A DNA stretch of 64,000 nucleotides, taken from NCBI GenBank assembly GCA_963843575.1, contig CAWJKZ010000025.1, forward strand, positions 192,001-256,000, in the 5' to 3' direction. A model generated the notes under the pieces. The model was given only the letters and a program-made list of their open reading frames with translations. It had not been told where the DNA came from and searched no databases. Origin of the DNA: an uncultured Acidobacteriota bacterium (GTDB lineage: Bacteria > Acidobacteriota > UBA6911). A program made the position numbers and the translations under genes. Positions 51,318 to 60,531 of the stretch are shown piece by piece. Numbering within the stretch: position 1 is the first letter of the stretch; every line of letters begins with the position of its first letter.

Positions 51318-53210
51318 TTATGCACGGGAATCGAGTTCGTGCCACCGTGCATAGACGTCGAGCAACTCCCGGGGCAGCTCTTCCAGCCGCGCCAGCTTGG
51401 CACGGATCGATTCAGCCGGCTCGCGGTAGAAATCCGGGTGAGCTACTGCGGCGCCCAGCCTGCGCTGCTCTTCCTCGAGCGCTTCGATGCGCGAGGGCAG
51501 GCACTCGAGTTCCCGCGCTTCGTTATAGGAGAGCTTCCTCCGGCCCTGAGGCCGACCGACCGCCCCTGGGAGGCGCGGCTCACTTCGCTCCCTTACGGCG
51601 GTGGGAGCCGGGGCCGGGGGCCGTTGCCGCAACCAGTCCTCGAAGCCGCCGACGTACTCCTGTACGCGCCCGTCCCCCTCGAACACCAGGGTGCTGGTAA
51701 CGGCGTTGTCCAGGAACACGCGGTCGTGGGTAACCAGCAGCAGGGTTCCGGCGAACTCCACCAGCTGCGCCTCCAACAGCTCCAGGGTTTCCAGGTCCAG
51801 GTCGTTGGTCGGCTCGTCGAGCACCAGGACATTGGCGGGGCGGGTGAACAGGCGCGCGAGCATCAGCCGGTTGCGCTCACCTCCCGACAGCGCCTTGACG
51901 GGAGCACGCGCCCGTTCGGCCGGGAAGAGAAAGTCGCGCAGATAGCCGTTGACGTGACGCGAGCGACCATTCACGGTCACGGTCTCGTTGCCCTCCCCGA
52001 TCGTGTCGAACACGCTCTTTTCGGGGTCGAGCTGCTCGCGCTGCTGGTCATAGTAGGCGACCTGGACGTTGCTGCCGCGCCGGACCGAACCGATGTCGGG
52101 GTCGATCTCGCCCAACAGCAGCCGCAGCAGCGTGGTCTTCCCCGAGCCGTTCGGCCCGATCAGGCCGACCCGGTCGCCGCGCATGATCCGGGTGGAGAAG
52201 TCGCGCACGACGGCGCGGCCGTCGAAAGACTTGCCGACCCGGCGCGCCTCGAACACCAGGCGCCCCGACGGGTCGCCGAGCTCCACCTGGATGCGGGCGG
52301 CCCCGACCTGGGCGCGCCGCGCGGCCCGCTCGGCGCGCAGGGCGAGCAGGGCGCGGACGCGCCCCTCGTTCCGGGTCCGCCGGGCTTTGATCCCCCGGCG
52401 CACCCAGGCTTCCTCGCCCGCCAGCCGCTTGTCGAACTTCGATTGCCGAAGCGCCTCGTTGGCCAGCCACTCCTCTTTTCTGCGCAAGAACCCGGCGTAG
52501 TCTCCCGGCCAAGTCGTGAGCCGGCCGCGGTCGAGTTCCACGATGCGGGTGGCGAGGCGCTGCAGGAACGCCCGGTCGTGGGTCACGAAGACGACGCTGC
52601 CGGGGTATTCGGCCAGAAACGACTCCATCCAGGTGATCGCATCAAGGTCGAGGTGGTTCGTCGGCTCGTCGAGCAGCAGCAGGTCGGGTTCGCCGACCAG
52701 CGCGCGGGCGAGCAGCGTGCGGCGCTTCCAGCCGCCCGAGAGCGTATCCACGACAGCCTCGCCCGGCAATCCCAGTTGCCCCAGCACCATTTCGACGCGC
52801 TGCTCGAGCCGCCAGCCGTCACGCTCCTCCAGCTCGTGCTGCAGCTTCCCCAGCTTCTCCAGCAACGCCGGCGAGGCGCGTTCGGCCACTTCGACCGCGG
52901 CGTAATGGTAGGAGGTCACGAGATCGCTCAGGTCCCCCAGCCCTTCCGCTACCACGTCAAACACCGGGCGGTCCGTCGACAGCGGCACGTCCTGCACCAG
53001 CCGGGAGATCCGCAGCCCCGACTGCCGCCAGATCGAGCCCCCGTCGGGCGGCCGCTCTCCGCTCAGGATCTGCAGGAGCGTCGACTTGCCCGAACCGTTG
53101 CGACCGATCAGTGAAACCCGCTCGCCCGGCTCGATTTGCAGCGACACTTCGTCCAGAAGCGGCTCGTGGCCGAATGCGAGCGAGACCCGATCGAGCGTTG
53201 CGAGTGCCAC
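51318..53210 (-). CDS. uup: ABC-F ATPase, Uup-like
   Basis: Two ABC domains (GRNGSGKS/LSGGW/LLDEPTNHLD and GPNGSGKT/LSGGE/LDEPTNDLD), GIKARRTRNEGRVRAL linker, RKLSYNE C-terminal domain. Confidence 0.93.
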   Translation of the reverse strand: MALATLDRVSLAFGHEPLLDEVSLQIEPGERVSLIGRNGSGKSTLLQILSGERPPDGGSIWRQSGLRISRLVQDVPLSTDRPVFDVVAEGLGDLSDLVTSYHYAAVEVAERASPALLEKLGKLQHELEERDGWRLEQRVEMVLGQLGLPGEAVVDTLSGGWKRRTLLARALVGEPDLLLLDEPTNHLDLDAITWMESFLAEYPGSVVFVTHDRAFLQRLATRIVELDRGRLTTWPGDYAGFLRRKEEWLANEALRQSKFDKRLAGEEAWVRRGIKARRTRNEGRVRALLALRAERAARRAQVGAARIQVELGDPSGRLVFEARRVGKSFDGRAVVRDFSTRIMRGDRVGLIGPNGSGKTTLLRLLLGEIDPDIGSVRRGSNVQVAYYDQQREQLDPEKSVFDTIGEGNETVTVNGRSRHVNGYLRDFLFPAERARAPVKALSGGERNRLMLARLFTRPANVLVLDEPTNDLDLETLELLEAQLVEFAGTLLLVTHDRVFLDNAVTSTLVFEGDGRVQEYVGGFEDWLRQRPPAPAPTAVRERSEPRLPGAVGRPQGRRKLSYNEARELECLPSRIEALEEEQRRLGAAVAHPDFYREPAESIRAKLARLEELPRELLDVYARWHELDSRA

Positions 53211-53404
53211 CCCAATAACCTACCACAAGATCAAGTGTGTCGGTCAGCCCGCCCGCCCCCCGATGATCCGCAGACCGGGCAATGGGCAATCCGCCCTGGA
53301 GCAACATCCGCGGGCCGCGTCGGGCCGCCGCTGCCCACTTGATTTTCCGCTTGTGCGCCTACGCTCCGGCGCAGGAGAATTGTCTCGGTTTGTCTTCACA
53401 CTAG

Positions 53405-53622
53405 AAGGGATGTACCATGAAAGAGGACCGTACCGTCAATCGCACTGGGAGAATGTCCTTCAGTGCATGCGGACACGCGAGACACCGGTGCTCGACGGGC
53501 TGACCGCCTACACGGCCATGGTCCCGATCGCCACGTCGGTCGAGTCCTACCGCACCGGCCAGATGCTCTTTTTCGACACGCAAAAACAGCAGATCGTCAC
53601 CAAGCCGCCGAAGATGACGTAA
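53405..53622 (+). pseudogene. C-terminal remnant of a Gfo/Idh/MocA oxidoreductase
   Basis: HWENVLQCMRTRETPVLDGLTAY.AMV.IA.SVESYR.G....FD resembles the C-terminus of this family; N-terminus absent. Confidence 0.5.
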
Positions 53623-53782
53623 GTGGGCGGGGGCGGCTCGACCCCGCCCCCCAGTGAACTGCAACCGGGAGACATCATAAGCCGCGCCGGCTGAGCCGGC
53701 CCCGGCCCCGGCGGGCCCGGGGTCGGGGGCCGCGTCGGGCCGCCGCGGCCCACTGCCTTTCATCCTTACAGGAGATACTACC

Positions 53783-55830
53783 GTGCGAAGTCGTCACGTT
53801 CTGGCCTCGTTCCTTCTTTTCCTCCTCTCTGCTGCCGCGTATGGAGCGAACCCTGCCGCCACCGCGGGAGCGCGCGACGTGCGGCTCGAATTCGACGAGG
53901 CGCTTCGCAGCCGCGTCGTCACCGCATTCGGCGGCAAGGTTTCCCCGTTCACCGAGTGGGCCCCGTCGGAGTTCGTCACCGTCGACGGCGCCGATGTGAA
54001 GGATTTCCCATTGAAACGGAAGCGCGCCGAAAATGTCAGCGACAAGTTCGGCAAAGGCCGCCGCCAGATTCTCACCGGGGAAACGGCTACCCTCCGGAAG
54101 GAGGTCAAGGCCACCGCCTATGACGCGTACCCGGCCACCGTCGTCCTCGAGGTCCGCTACACCAACATCGGACGGACCCCGGTCAAGATCGACCGCTGGA
54201 CCAGCCACCACTACGCGATCGCCGCGCGAGAACCTTCCGAGACCCCGTTCTGGTCCTTCCAGAGCGGCTCGTATGAAAACCGGCCGGCCTGGGTGCTCCC
54301 GCTGAAGGCCGGCTTCAAGCAGGACAACTTCCAGGGGATGAACGCGACCGACTATGGCGGCGGCACACCGGTCGCCGACATCTGGCGTCCCGACGGGGGG
54401 GTCGCGGTCGGCCACCTCGAACTCGTCCCCAAACTCGTCTCGCTCCCCGTCGCGATGCCCGGCGCTGCCGCTGCGGAACTCGCCGTGGCCTACGCGTGCG
54501 ACCGGACCCTGGCACCCGGAGAATCGCTCGACACCTTCCGCACCTTCGTCACCGCCCACAAGGGCGACTACTTCGCCGCCCTGCGGGAATACCGCCGTAT
54601 GATGGTCGGCCAGGGCATCCAGTTCCCCCAGGCCCCGCCCGACGCCTTCGAGCCGATCTGGTGCGCCTGGGGCTATCGGCGTACGTTCCAGCCGCCGCAG
54701 ATCTACGGGGCGCTCCCGATCGTCAAGAAACTCGGCTTCCGCTGGGTAACCCTCGACGACGGCTGGCAGACCGCCGAGGGAGACTGGTTCCTCGAGCCGA
54801 AGAAGTTCCCGCGCGGCGACCCGGACATGAAGGCCATGGTCGACCGCATCCACGCCGACGGGTTCAAAGCCCAGCTCTGGTGGGCCCCGATGTGCGTCGA
54901 TCCCGGCACCGAGAAGATCAGCTCTCACCCGGAGTGGCTGCTCCTCGACCGGGACGGCAGCCGCCACAAGATCTCCTACTGGGACGCCTTCTACCTCTGC
55001 CCCGCGACCCCGGAAGTCCGCAACGACGCGGCCGCGTTCGTGACGAAGGCGATCAGGGACTGGGGCTACGACGGCCTCAAGCTCGACGGCCAGTACATGA
55101 ACGCCGCCCCTCCCTGCTACAACCCGGCCCACCACCACAAGGACCCGAATGAGTCCGTCGAGGCCGTCCCCGCCTTTTTCAAGGCCATTTTCGACGCCGC
55201 CCGCGCGGCCAAGCCCGAAGCCGTCGTCGAATTCTGCCCGTGCGGCACTTCCTTCTCCTTCTTCACCCTCCCGTACGCGAACATGACCGTCGCCTCCGAC
55301 CCGGCCCGCTCCTGGCAGGTGCGGACCAAGGGGAAAAGCCTCAAGGCGCTCACGGGCGACGGGATCGCCTACTTCGGGGACCACGTGGAGTTGAGCGACG
55401 AGCGCCGGGACTTCGCCTCGACCGTCGCGGTGGGCGGTGTCGTCGGCACCGAGTTCACCTGGCCGGTCGGCTCCGGACCGGTCGGCCGCGGCGGGAAGAA
55501 CACCAGCGACCTCACCCCGGAACGGGAGGCGCACTGGGCAAAGTGGCTGGGAATCTACAAGGACAAGATGCTCTCGAAAGGGGAGTACCTGGGCGCGCTG
55601 TACGACATCGGCTTCGACCGGCCGGAGACCCACGCCATCCGCAAGGACGGGAAGATGTATTACGGCTACTTCGCCCCGGAATTCCAGGGCAAAGTACAGC
55701 TGCGCGGCCTGCAGGCGAGAAAATACCAGGTCGTCGACTACGAGACCGGCAAGGAGTACGGCACCGTGCAGGGGCCGACCGCAACCCTGGAGGCGTCTTC
55801 AAACACCACCTGGTGCTCGAAGCCCGGTAA
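53783..55830 (+). CDS. Alpha-galactosidase (GH36/GH27 clan D); last codons frameshifted
   Basis: Signal peptide; WCAWGY, VTLDDGWQ, WGYDGLKLDG, VEFCPCG. Confidence 0.87.
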
Positions 55831-55899
55831 CCCACTTGGACCGCGGCGGCTCGCCGCGGTCCAAGTGGGCGGGGTCGGGCCGATCCCCCGCCCACCGTG

Positions 55900-58161
55900 T
55901 CACTGCACGTGCAGGACCCAGACGTGACCCGGCTGGATGGGGGCCGCGACCGAGGGCGCGGCCGCCCGCCGCCGTCTTGACGGGAACCGCGCGCGTCGGT
56001 GATCAGGTCGCGCGCCTGCGCGGTGCCCGCGGCCAGCCTGATCTGCAGCGTCACGGCCTCCTTGCCGTGGTTGAACGCAAAGAGCAGCCTGCCCTTGCCC
56101 GTCTCGAGGACCTGGACTTCCACCGCGCCGCCGGACACCTCCACGGCCGGCTGCACCCCGGCCCAGCGCAGCAACCCGGAGAAGAAGCGCTGCGCCGTCT
56201 CGTTCGGTTTCGACGAGTAGGCGGCACTGACGTAGGAGCCCGAGCAGGAGGGTCTTGCCGCTGCCGAACGACGCCACGACGGCGGCGGGGCGGCCGTCGG
56301 CGAAACGCGCCGCCACCCGGGACCGGGCGCCGACGAGCGCGAGCGTCTCCTCGTACCAGCGCGCCGGGATCGTGTCGCCCGGCTTCATCCCGGGAATCGC
56401 GTCGCTGTCCCACCGCAGCTCCGTCCGGCCCTCCTTGCCGGTCTGGATGTGTTCCTCGCGGCAGCCGAAGACCTCGTGCATCCCCATGCCGGGCAGCGTC
56501 TCGGCCGCACGGCCGCGCTCGTCGTTCCACCCGAACCGTGCCTCGGTCACCAGGGTCCCTCCCTGCCGTACGTACTCGCGCAGTTGCTCGGCGGCGGCGG
56601 CGGGCATCATCAGCGGGTACGGGAAATAGACGAGCCGATACTGGCGCAGCGTCTGGGCGGTCAGCCCCTCGATGTGGACGTAGTCGAGCGGGACGTTGGT
56701 GGGAAAGAGGGCGCGGTGAATGCCGAGCAGCGAATCGCGTTCGATCCCGGCGACCTCGCCCTGCGGGCCGCCGTAGGAGGTCGCGCGCTGCCGTCCCCCG
56801 ACGAAGTGCATCAGCGGGTTGTAGATGACGGCCACCTGCGCCGGCGTCGGCCGCGCGTCCGCGAACAATTGCGCATTGCGATCCACGACGCGGGCGATCT
56901 CTCCGGCGGTGCGCGCCCGCTCCGTGACGGTCCCGTCCAGCTGCAGGAGGCCGAAGCCTCCGGACTCGTAGCCGGTGCTCATCGGGTAGTAGGCGTAGTA
57001 GCAGATCGCCTTCGCCCCGCGCGCGAGCGCGCTCCACGTCCAGATCCGGAGGTCCTCCGGCGTGACCGTGGGGCTGACGTTGAGCGCGATCGTCCCGAAG
57101 CCCCCCTGCAACTCCCCGATGTAGAAGCCGCGGCGCCCGTCGGCATAGCCGAAGGAGCGGGCAAAATCGAGGAGGGCCGCGCGCCACGGCACGTCGCGGT
57201 CGACGAAGGCCGAGTGCTTCGGATAGAAAGAGGTGCCGTAATAGTCGACCTGCCGGGCCATGCTCCAGTCGTCGGACTGCCCCTCCCAGTAATGCGGCGA
57301 GCTGAAGAGGCCCACCCCGGCCGCGTGACTGGTCGCCACCGAGCGCGGCGCGATCTTCTTCACCGCGTCACATCGCTCGCGCAGGTCCTCGGCGAGCTTG
57401 TCCATGATGAAGTACTTCCAGTCGATGTAGTCGGTGTAGGACAGGATGGTGCTCAGGCGGTTGGGCTCGACCTCGTCCCAGGAGCGGTAGCGCCGATACC
57501 AGGCCTGGTTGAGCGCCTCGAGCGTGGGGTACTTCTTCTGGAGCCAGGCGCGGTAGCGCCGCACCGTGTGCGGGCAGAAGCAGAATTCGGGGTTGTCGAT
57601 GTAGGTGGGGGTGGCCCAGTTGATGACGTGAGGCTCGCTCCAGAGGTCCCAGCCGTAGAAGGCCGGGTGATCCTTCACGTGGGCCGCGATCGCGGCGTAG
57701 AAACCGATGTCCGCCTCACGCACGCCCGCGTGGTCGCGGCAGTAGCCGGGGGAGGACTCGGGCCGCATCGCCGCACCGTTGGAGGAGACGAAGAGCGAGT
57801 CGGGGTACTTGCGTCCCACCCACTCGGGCGCGGAATCCATGTAGACCTGGAGGATGACTTTCAGCCCCTCCTCCTGCGCAAGCTGGAGGATGACGTCGAG
57901 CGTGTCGAAGTTGTAGCGCTCCTCGGAAGGCTGGCCGCTCGCCCAGTCGAGCCAGCAGCGCACGGTGTTGAACCCGAGGCTCCGGATCTGCCGTATGTCG
58001 CGCCGCCAGAGGTCGATCTTCGCCTTGGGGTCGCTCTCGAGCATCGGGGCGCGCGCCTTGCCGCCGCCGTACCAGACCGCCATCGGGAAGTGCCCGGACT
58101 GGGCCGCGAGACACGGGGATGCGAGAGCCATCAGAATCAACCCCTCGGCGAAGATGCGCAT
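55900..58161 (-). CDS. Beta-galactosidase, GH42-like (compensating frameshifts near the C-terminus)
   Basis: LGFNTVR, WDLWSEP, FCFCPHT, IGELQGG, trimerisation-domain pattern. Confidence 0.85.
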   Translation of the reverse strand: MRIFAEGLILMALASPCLAAQSGHFPMAVWYGGGKARAPMLESDPKAKIDLWRRDIRQIRSLGFNTVRCWLDWASGQPSEERYNFDTLDVILQLAQEEGLKVILQVYMDSAPEWVGRKYPDSLFVSSNGAAMRPESSPGYCRDHAGVREADIGFYAAIAAHVKDHPAFYGWDLWSEPHVINWATPTYIDNPEFCFCPHTVRRYRAWLQKKYPTLEALNQAWYRRYRSWDEVEPNRLSTILSYTDYIDWKYFIMDKLAEDLRERCDAVKKIAPRSVATSHAAGVGLFSSPHYWEGQSDDWSMARQVDYYGTSFYPKHSAFVDRDVPWRAALLDFARSFGYADGRRGFYIGELQGGFGTIALNVSPTVTPEDLRIWTWSALARGAKAICYYAYYPMSTGYESGGFGLLQLDGTVTERARTAGEIARVVDRNAQLFADARPTPAQVAVIYNPLMHFVGGRQRATSYGGPQGEVAGIERDSLLGIHRALFPTNVPLDYVHIEGLTAQTLRQYRLVYFPYPLMMPAAAAEQLREYVRQGGTLVTEARFGWNDERGRAAETLPGMGMHEVFGCREEHIQTGKEGRTELRWDSDAIPGMKPGDTIPARWYEETLALVGARSRVAARFADGRPAAVVASFGSGKTLLLGLLRQCRLLVETERDGAALLLRVAALGRGAAGRGGVRRRGGSPGPRDGQGQAALCVQPRQGGRDAADQAGRGHRAGARPDHRRARFPSRRRRAAAPSVAAPIQPGHVWVLHVQ

Positions 58162-58195
58162 CTGTGAAACCTCCAGCTCGCCCTGCCCAATAAAC

Positions 58196-58356
58196 CAAGT
58201 GGGTCCGGGCTTCAGCCCGGACGCTGGTCGCTGTAACGTGCGTCCGTCGCCACATAGATCAGATCAAAAGACGTCCGGGCTGAAGCCCGGACCCACTTGT
58301 TTTACGGGCAGGGCGGGCGGTTCAAGCGTTGGACAGCCTCTGAAGCCCGGACCCAC
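58196..58356. repeat. REP family A inverted doublet plus partial copy
   Basis: CAAGTGGGTCCGGGCTTCAGCCCGGAC...GACGTCCGGGCTGAAGCCCGGACCCACTTG; extra TGAAGCCCGGACCCAC at 58341. Confidence 0.85.
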
Positions 58357-58368
58357 TGGCCGCTGATG

Positions 58369-60393
58369 TCAACCGTTGGCGGGGCCGTCCCCGGCGACCC
58401 TGGGAAACTCGGTGATCCGGATGTTGGTGCAGCCGTACGGAATCAGGGTCAGCTGCTCGAGCGGCTCCTTCGATTCCTGCACCGCCGGGGCAGGCTCGGC
58501 CGCCCAGCCGTGGGCCAGCTTCCAGTTGGGGAGCTTCCGTCCCTGCACGGTAGCCACGACGCCGGCCCCCTCCGGCGAGAAGGGCTTAACACCCACCGGC
58601 CGCTCCTCGAATCGAACATCGCCGTCGAGGGTCCCGGCGTCGATCCGGACGCCGTAATTCCACGGCGTGGACGGCCGCACCTCGTAGTCGGCGTGCGGCG
58701 GCTCGCGGTGCGGCTTGTCCGTGTTGACACGCGTCCACGTCTCGCCGAGATTGAGTGCATATACCAGGGGACCGCGGCCGAGCGCCACTGTCTCGTTGTA
58801 CCGCTTTGTGAGCACGGGTTTCATCGGGAACCGGATCTCGACTTCGACCGACCCCTTCCACTCGCGCTCGACGCGGTGGAATCCGGCGGGCTTCATGCTT
58901 TCCGCCGGCCCTCGTCCCACCCGGACAGTCGCCGCTTCGCTCCAGGCCGGCACCCGGAGGAGCAGCGGGAAGCGAGCCGCCCGATCGCTGGCGACCGTCA
59001 GGTTCAGCGTTTCCCGGAACGGGTAGTCCGTGTCGAGCGCGACCTCGACGCGGGCTCCGCGCGCCTGGAATTGCGCGCGGCTCGGCGCGTAGGCGACGGC
59101 GGCGATCCCTTCGTCCGGTGTCTTCATCCACAGGTGCGCGGCGAATTTCGGCCACCCCTGATGCATGTTGGAGGTGCAGCAGCCGAAGTTCGGCTCGAGC
59201 CCGTAGAGGTTCGACTCGGGGCCGTTGGTGGTCCACAGGTGGTCGGGGTTGATCGTGCACTGCACCTGGTTGACCTGCTGGTCATACTGGTGGGCCCACA
59301 TGTCCGGCGTGAAGGTGGCGGGGAGGGCGTTGAACGCGACACGTTCGAGCCGGTCGCCGAACGCGGCGTCGCCAAACACGGACAGGAGGAGTTCGAGCGA
59401 GTACATGAACTCCACGACGGCACAGAGTTCCGTCCCCTGCACGGGATTCTTCCCGGCCAGGCACTCGTCGCCCGTAAACATCCCCGTCACCTGGCCGTGG
59501 AACCTGTCAAGGATCTCGATCATGCGGGCCGGGAATTTCCAGTCGGTTTCACGCCGGTCGAGGCGCCAGGCCAGCGCGGCCGCCTTCGGGGCCATCCCGG
59601 TGTTGACCACGTGCTTGGCCCATTTCCACAGCCCGCGGCGCGGCGTCGGGACCGTCACGTCCTCTCCCCGGTAGAATTCCTGGTAGTCGAATCCCTGCGT
59701 GCGCAGCTTGCGCCCGAGATCGAGCAACCACGGCGCGCCGGTCTTTTCGTAGGCGTAGTAAACGGGGATCAGCCCTTCGAACCAGCGGTATCGGCCCCAG
59801 TCGTAGAGGGGCGTCCGCTCGATCCCTTCCATGATGGCGCGGAGGCTTTTCATCACCGCATCGAGGACGCGCGGGTCACCCGAGGCCTCGTGCTGCTGGA
59901 CGAGCGCCTTGTTGGCCAGCAGGATCGCCCACATGTCGTAGCGTCGCGTGGTGGCGTCCTCCGGGTACGGGCTGTACCAGCCGTCCGGTCGCTGGTGGGA
60001 GACGATGTAATCGACGTAGCGGTCGATGCGGGCCTGGAGCGGCTTGTCGTCCAGGAGCCGCGCGAGCGGGATGACCCCGTCCAGCCAGTAGGGGGCGCGC
60101 TCCCACCCTTCCGCTCCGCCGCCGAACCACTTGCTCTGCCCAACGTCCGGCCAGAATTCGTCGAGGTGCCCACTCAGGCCGTCGGCCTGAATGCGCAGCT
60201 GCCGCGCGAGCCACCCGGCCGGGCGGATGGAACCGAGCGGCAGGGGCCGGAAGGCCGGTTCCGCCAACCCCGATAGCCGCTGCTGCGCCCCCTGGCGCCC
60301 CGCCCCGTTCGCTTTCCCGGACGCCGCCGCCACCGCGGCGCCGGCAGCCGTGCTCGCAAGGAACTCCCGCCTGCTGGATATCATCGAGCTCAC
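58369..60393 (-). CDS. Tat-exported GH127-like beta-L-arabinofuranosidase
   Basis: SRREFL Tat motif; GWERAPYWLDG, HVVN, QGTELCAVVE, LERVAFNALP, NFGCCTSNMHQGWPKF, LIPYG. Confidence 0.87.
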   Translation of the reverse strand: MSSMISSRREFLASTAAGAAVAAASGKANGAGRQGAQQRLSGLAEPAFRPLPLGSIRPAGWLARQLRIQADGLSGHLDEFWPDVGQSKWFGGGAEGWERAPYWLDGVIPLARLLDDKPLQARIDRYVDYIVSHQRPDGWYSPYPEDATTRRYDMWAILLANKALVQQHEASGDPRVLDAVMKSLRAIMEGIERTPLYDWGRYRWFEGLIPVYYAYEKTGAPWLLDLGRKLRTQGFDYQEFYRGEDVTVPTPRRGLWKWAKHVVNTGMAPKAAALAWRLDRRETDWKFPARMIEILDRFHGQVTGMFTGDECLAGKNPVQGTELCAVVEFMYSLELLLSVFGDAAFGDRLERVAFNALPATFTPDMWAHQYDQQVNQVQCTINPDHLWTTNGPESNLYGLEPNFGCCTSNMHQGWPKFAAHLWMKTPDEGIAAVAYAPSRAQFQARGARVEVALDTDYPFRETLNLTVASDRAARFPLLLRVPAWSEAATVRVGRGPAESMKPAGFHRVEREWKGSVEVEIRFPMKPVLTKRYNETVALGRGPLVYALNLGETWTRVNTDKPHREPPHADYEVRPSTPWNYGVRIDAGTLDGDVRFEERPVGVKPFSPEGAGVVATVQGRKLPNWKLAHGWAAEPAPAVQESKEPLEQLTLIPYGCTNIRITEFPRVAGDGPANG

Positions 60394-60531
60394 CTCCCGC
60401 CGCCCTATTATCCAACTGCGCCGGTCTTTTCCGCCTCTTTAATTGCAGAATTGCAGGCACAAGTCGGTGGGCCGCGTCGGCTCGACGCGGCCCGTCTCTC
60501 CCCGCAGGTGCTTCACCCCGCCACTCCGGGC

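Noticed and set aside
58196-58356. CRISPR array from the repeated palindromes
   Set aside because: Repeats are dispersed and inverted, with conserved linkers rather than unique regularly spaced spacers; no cas genes.
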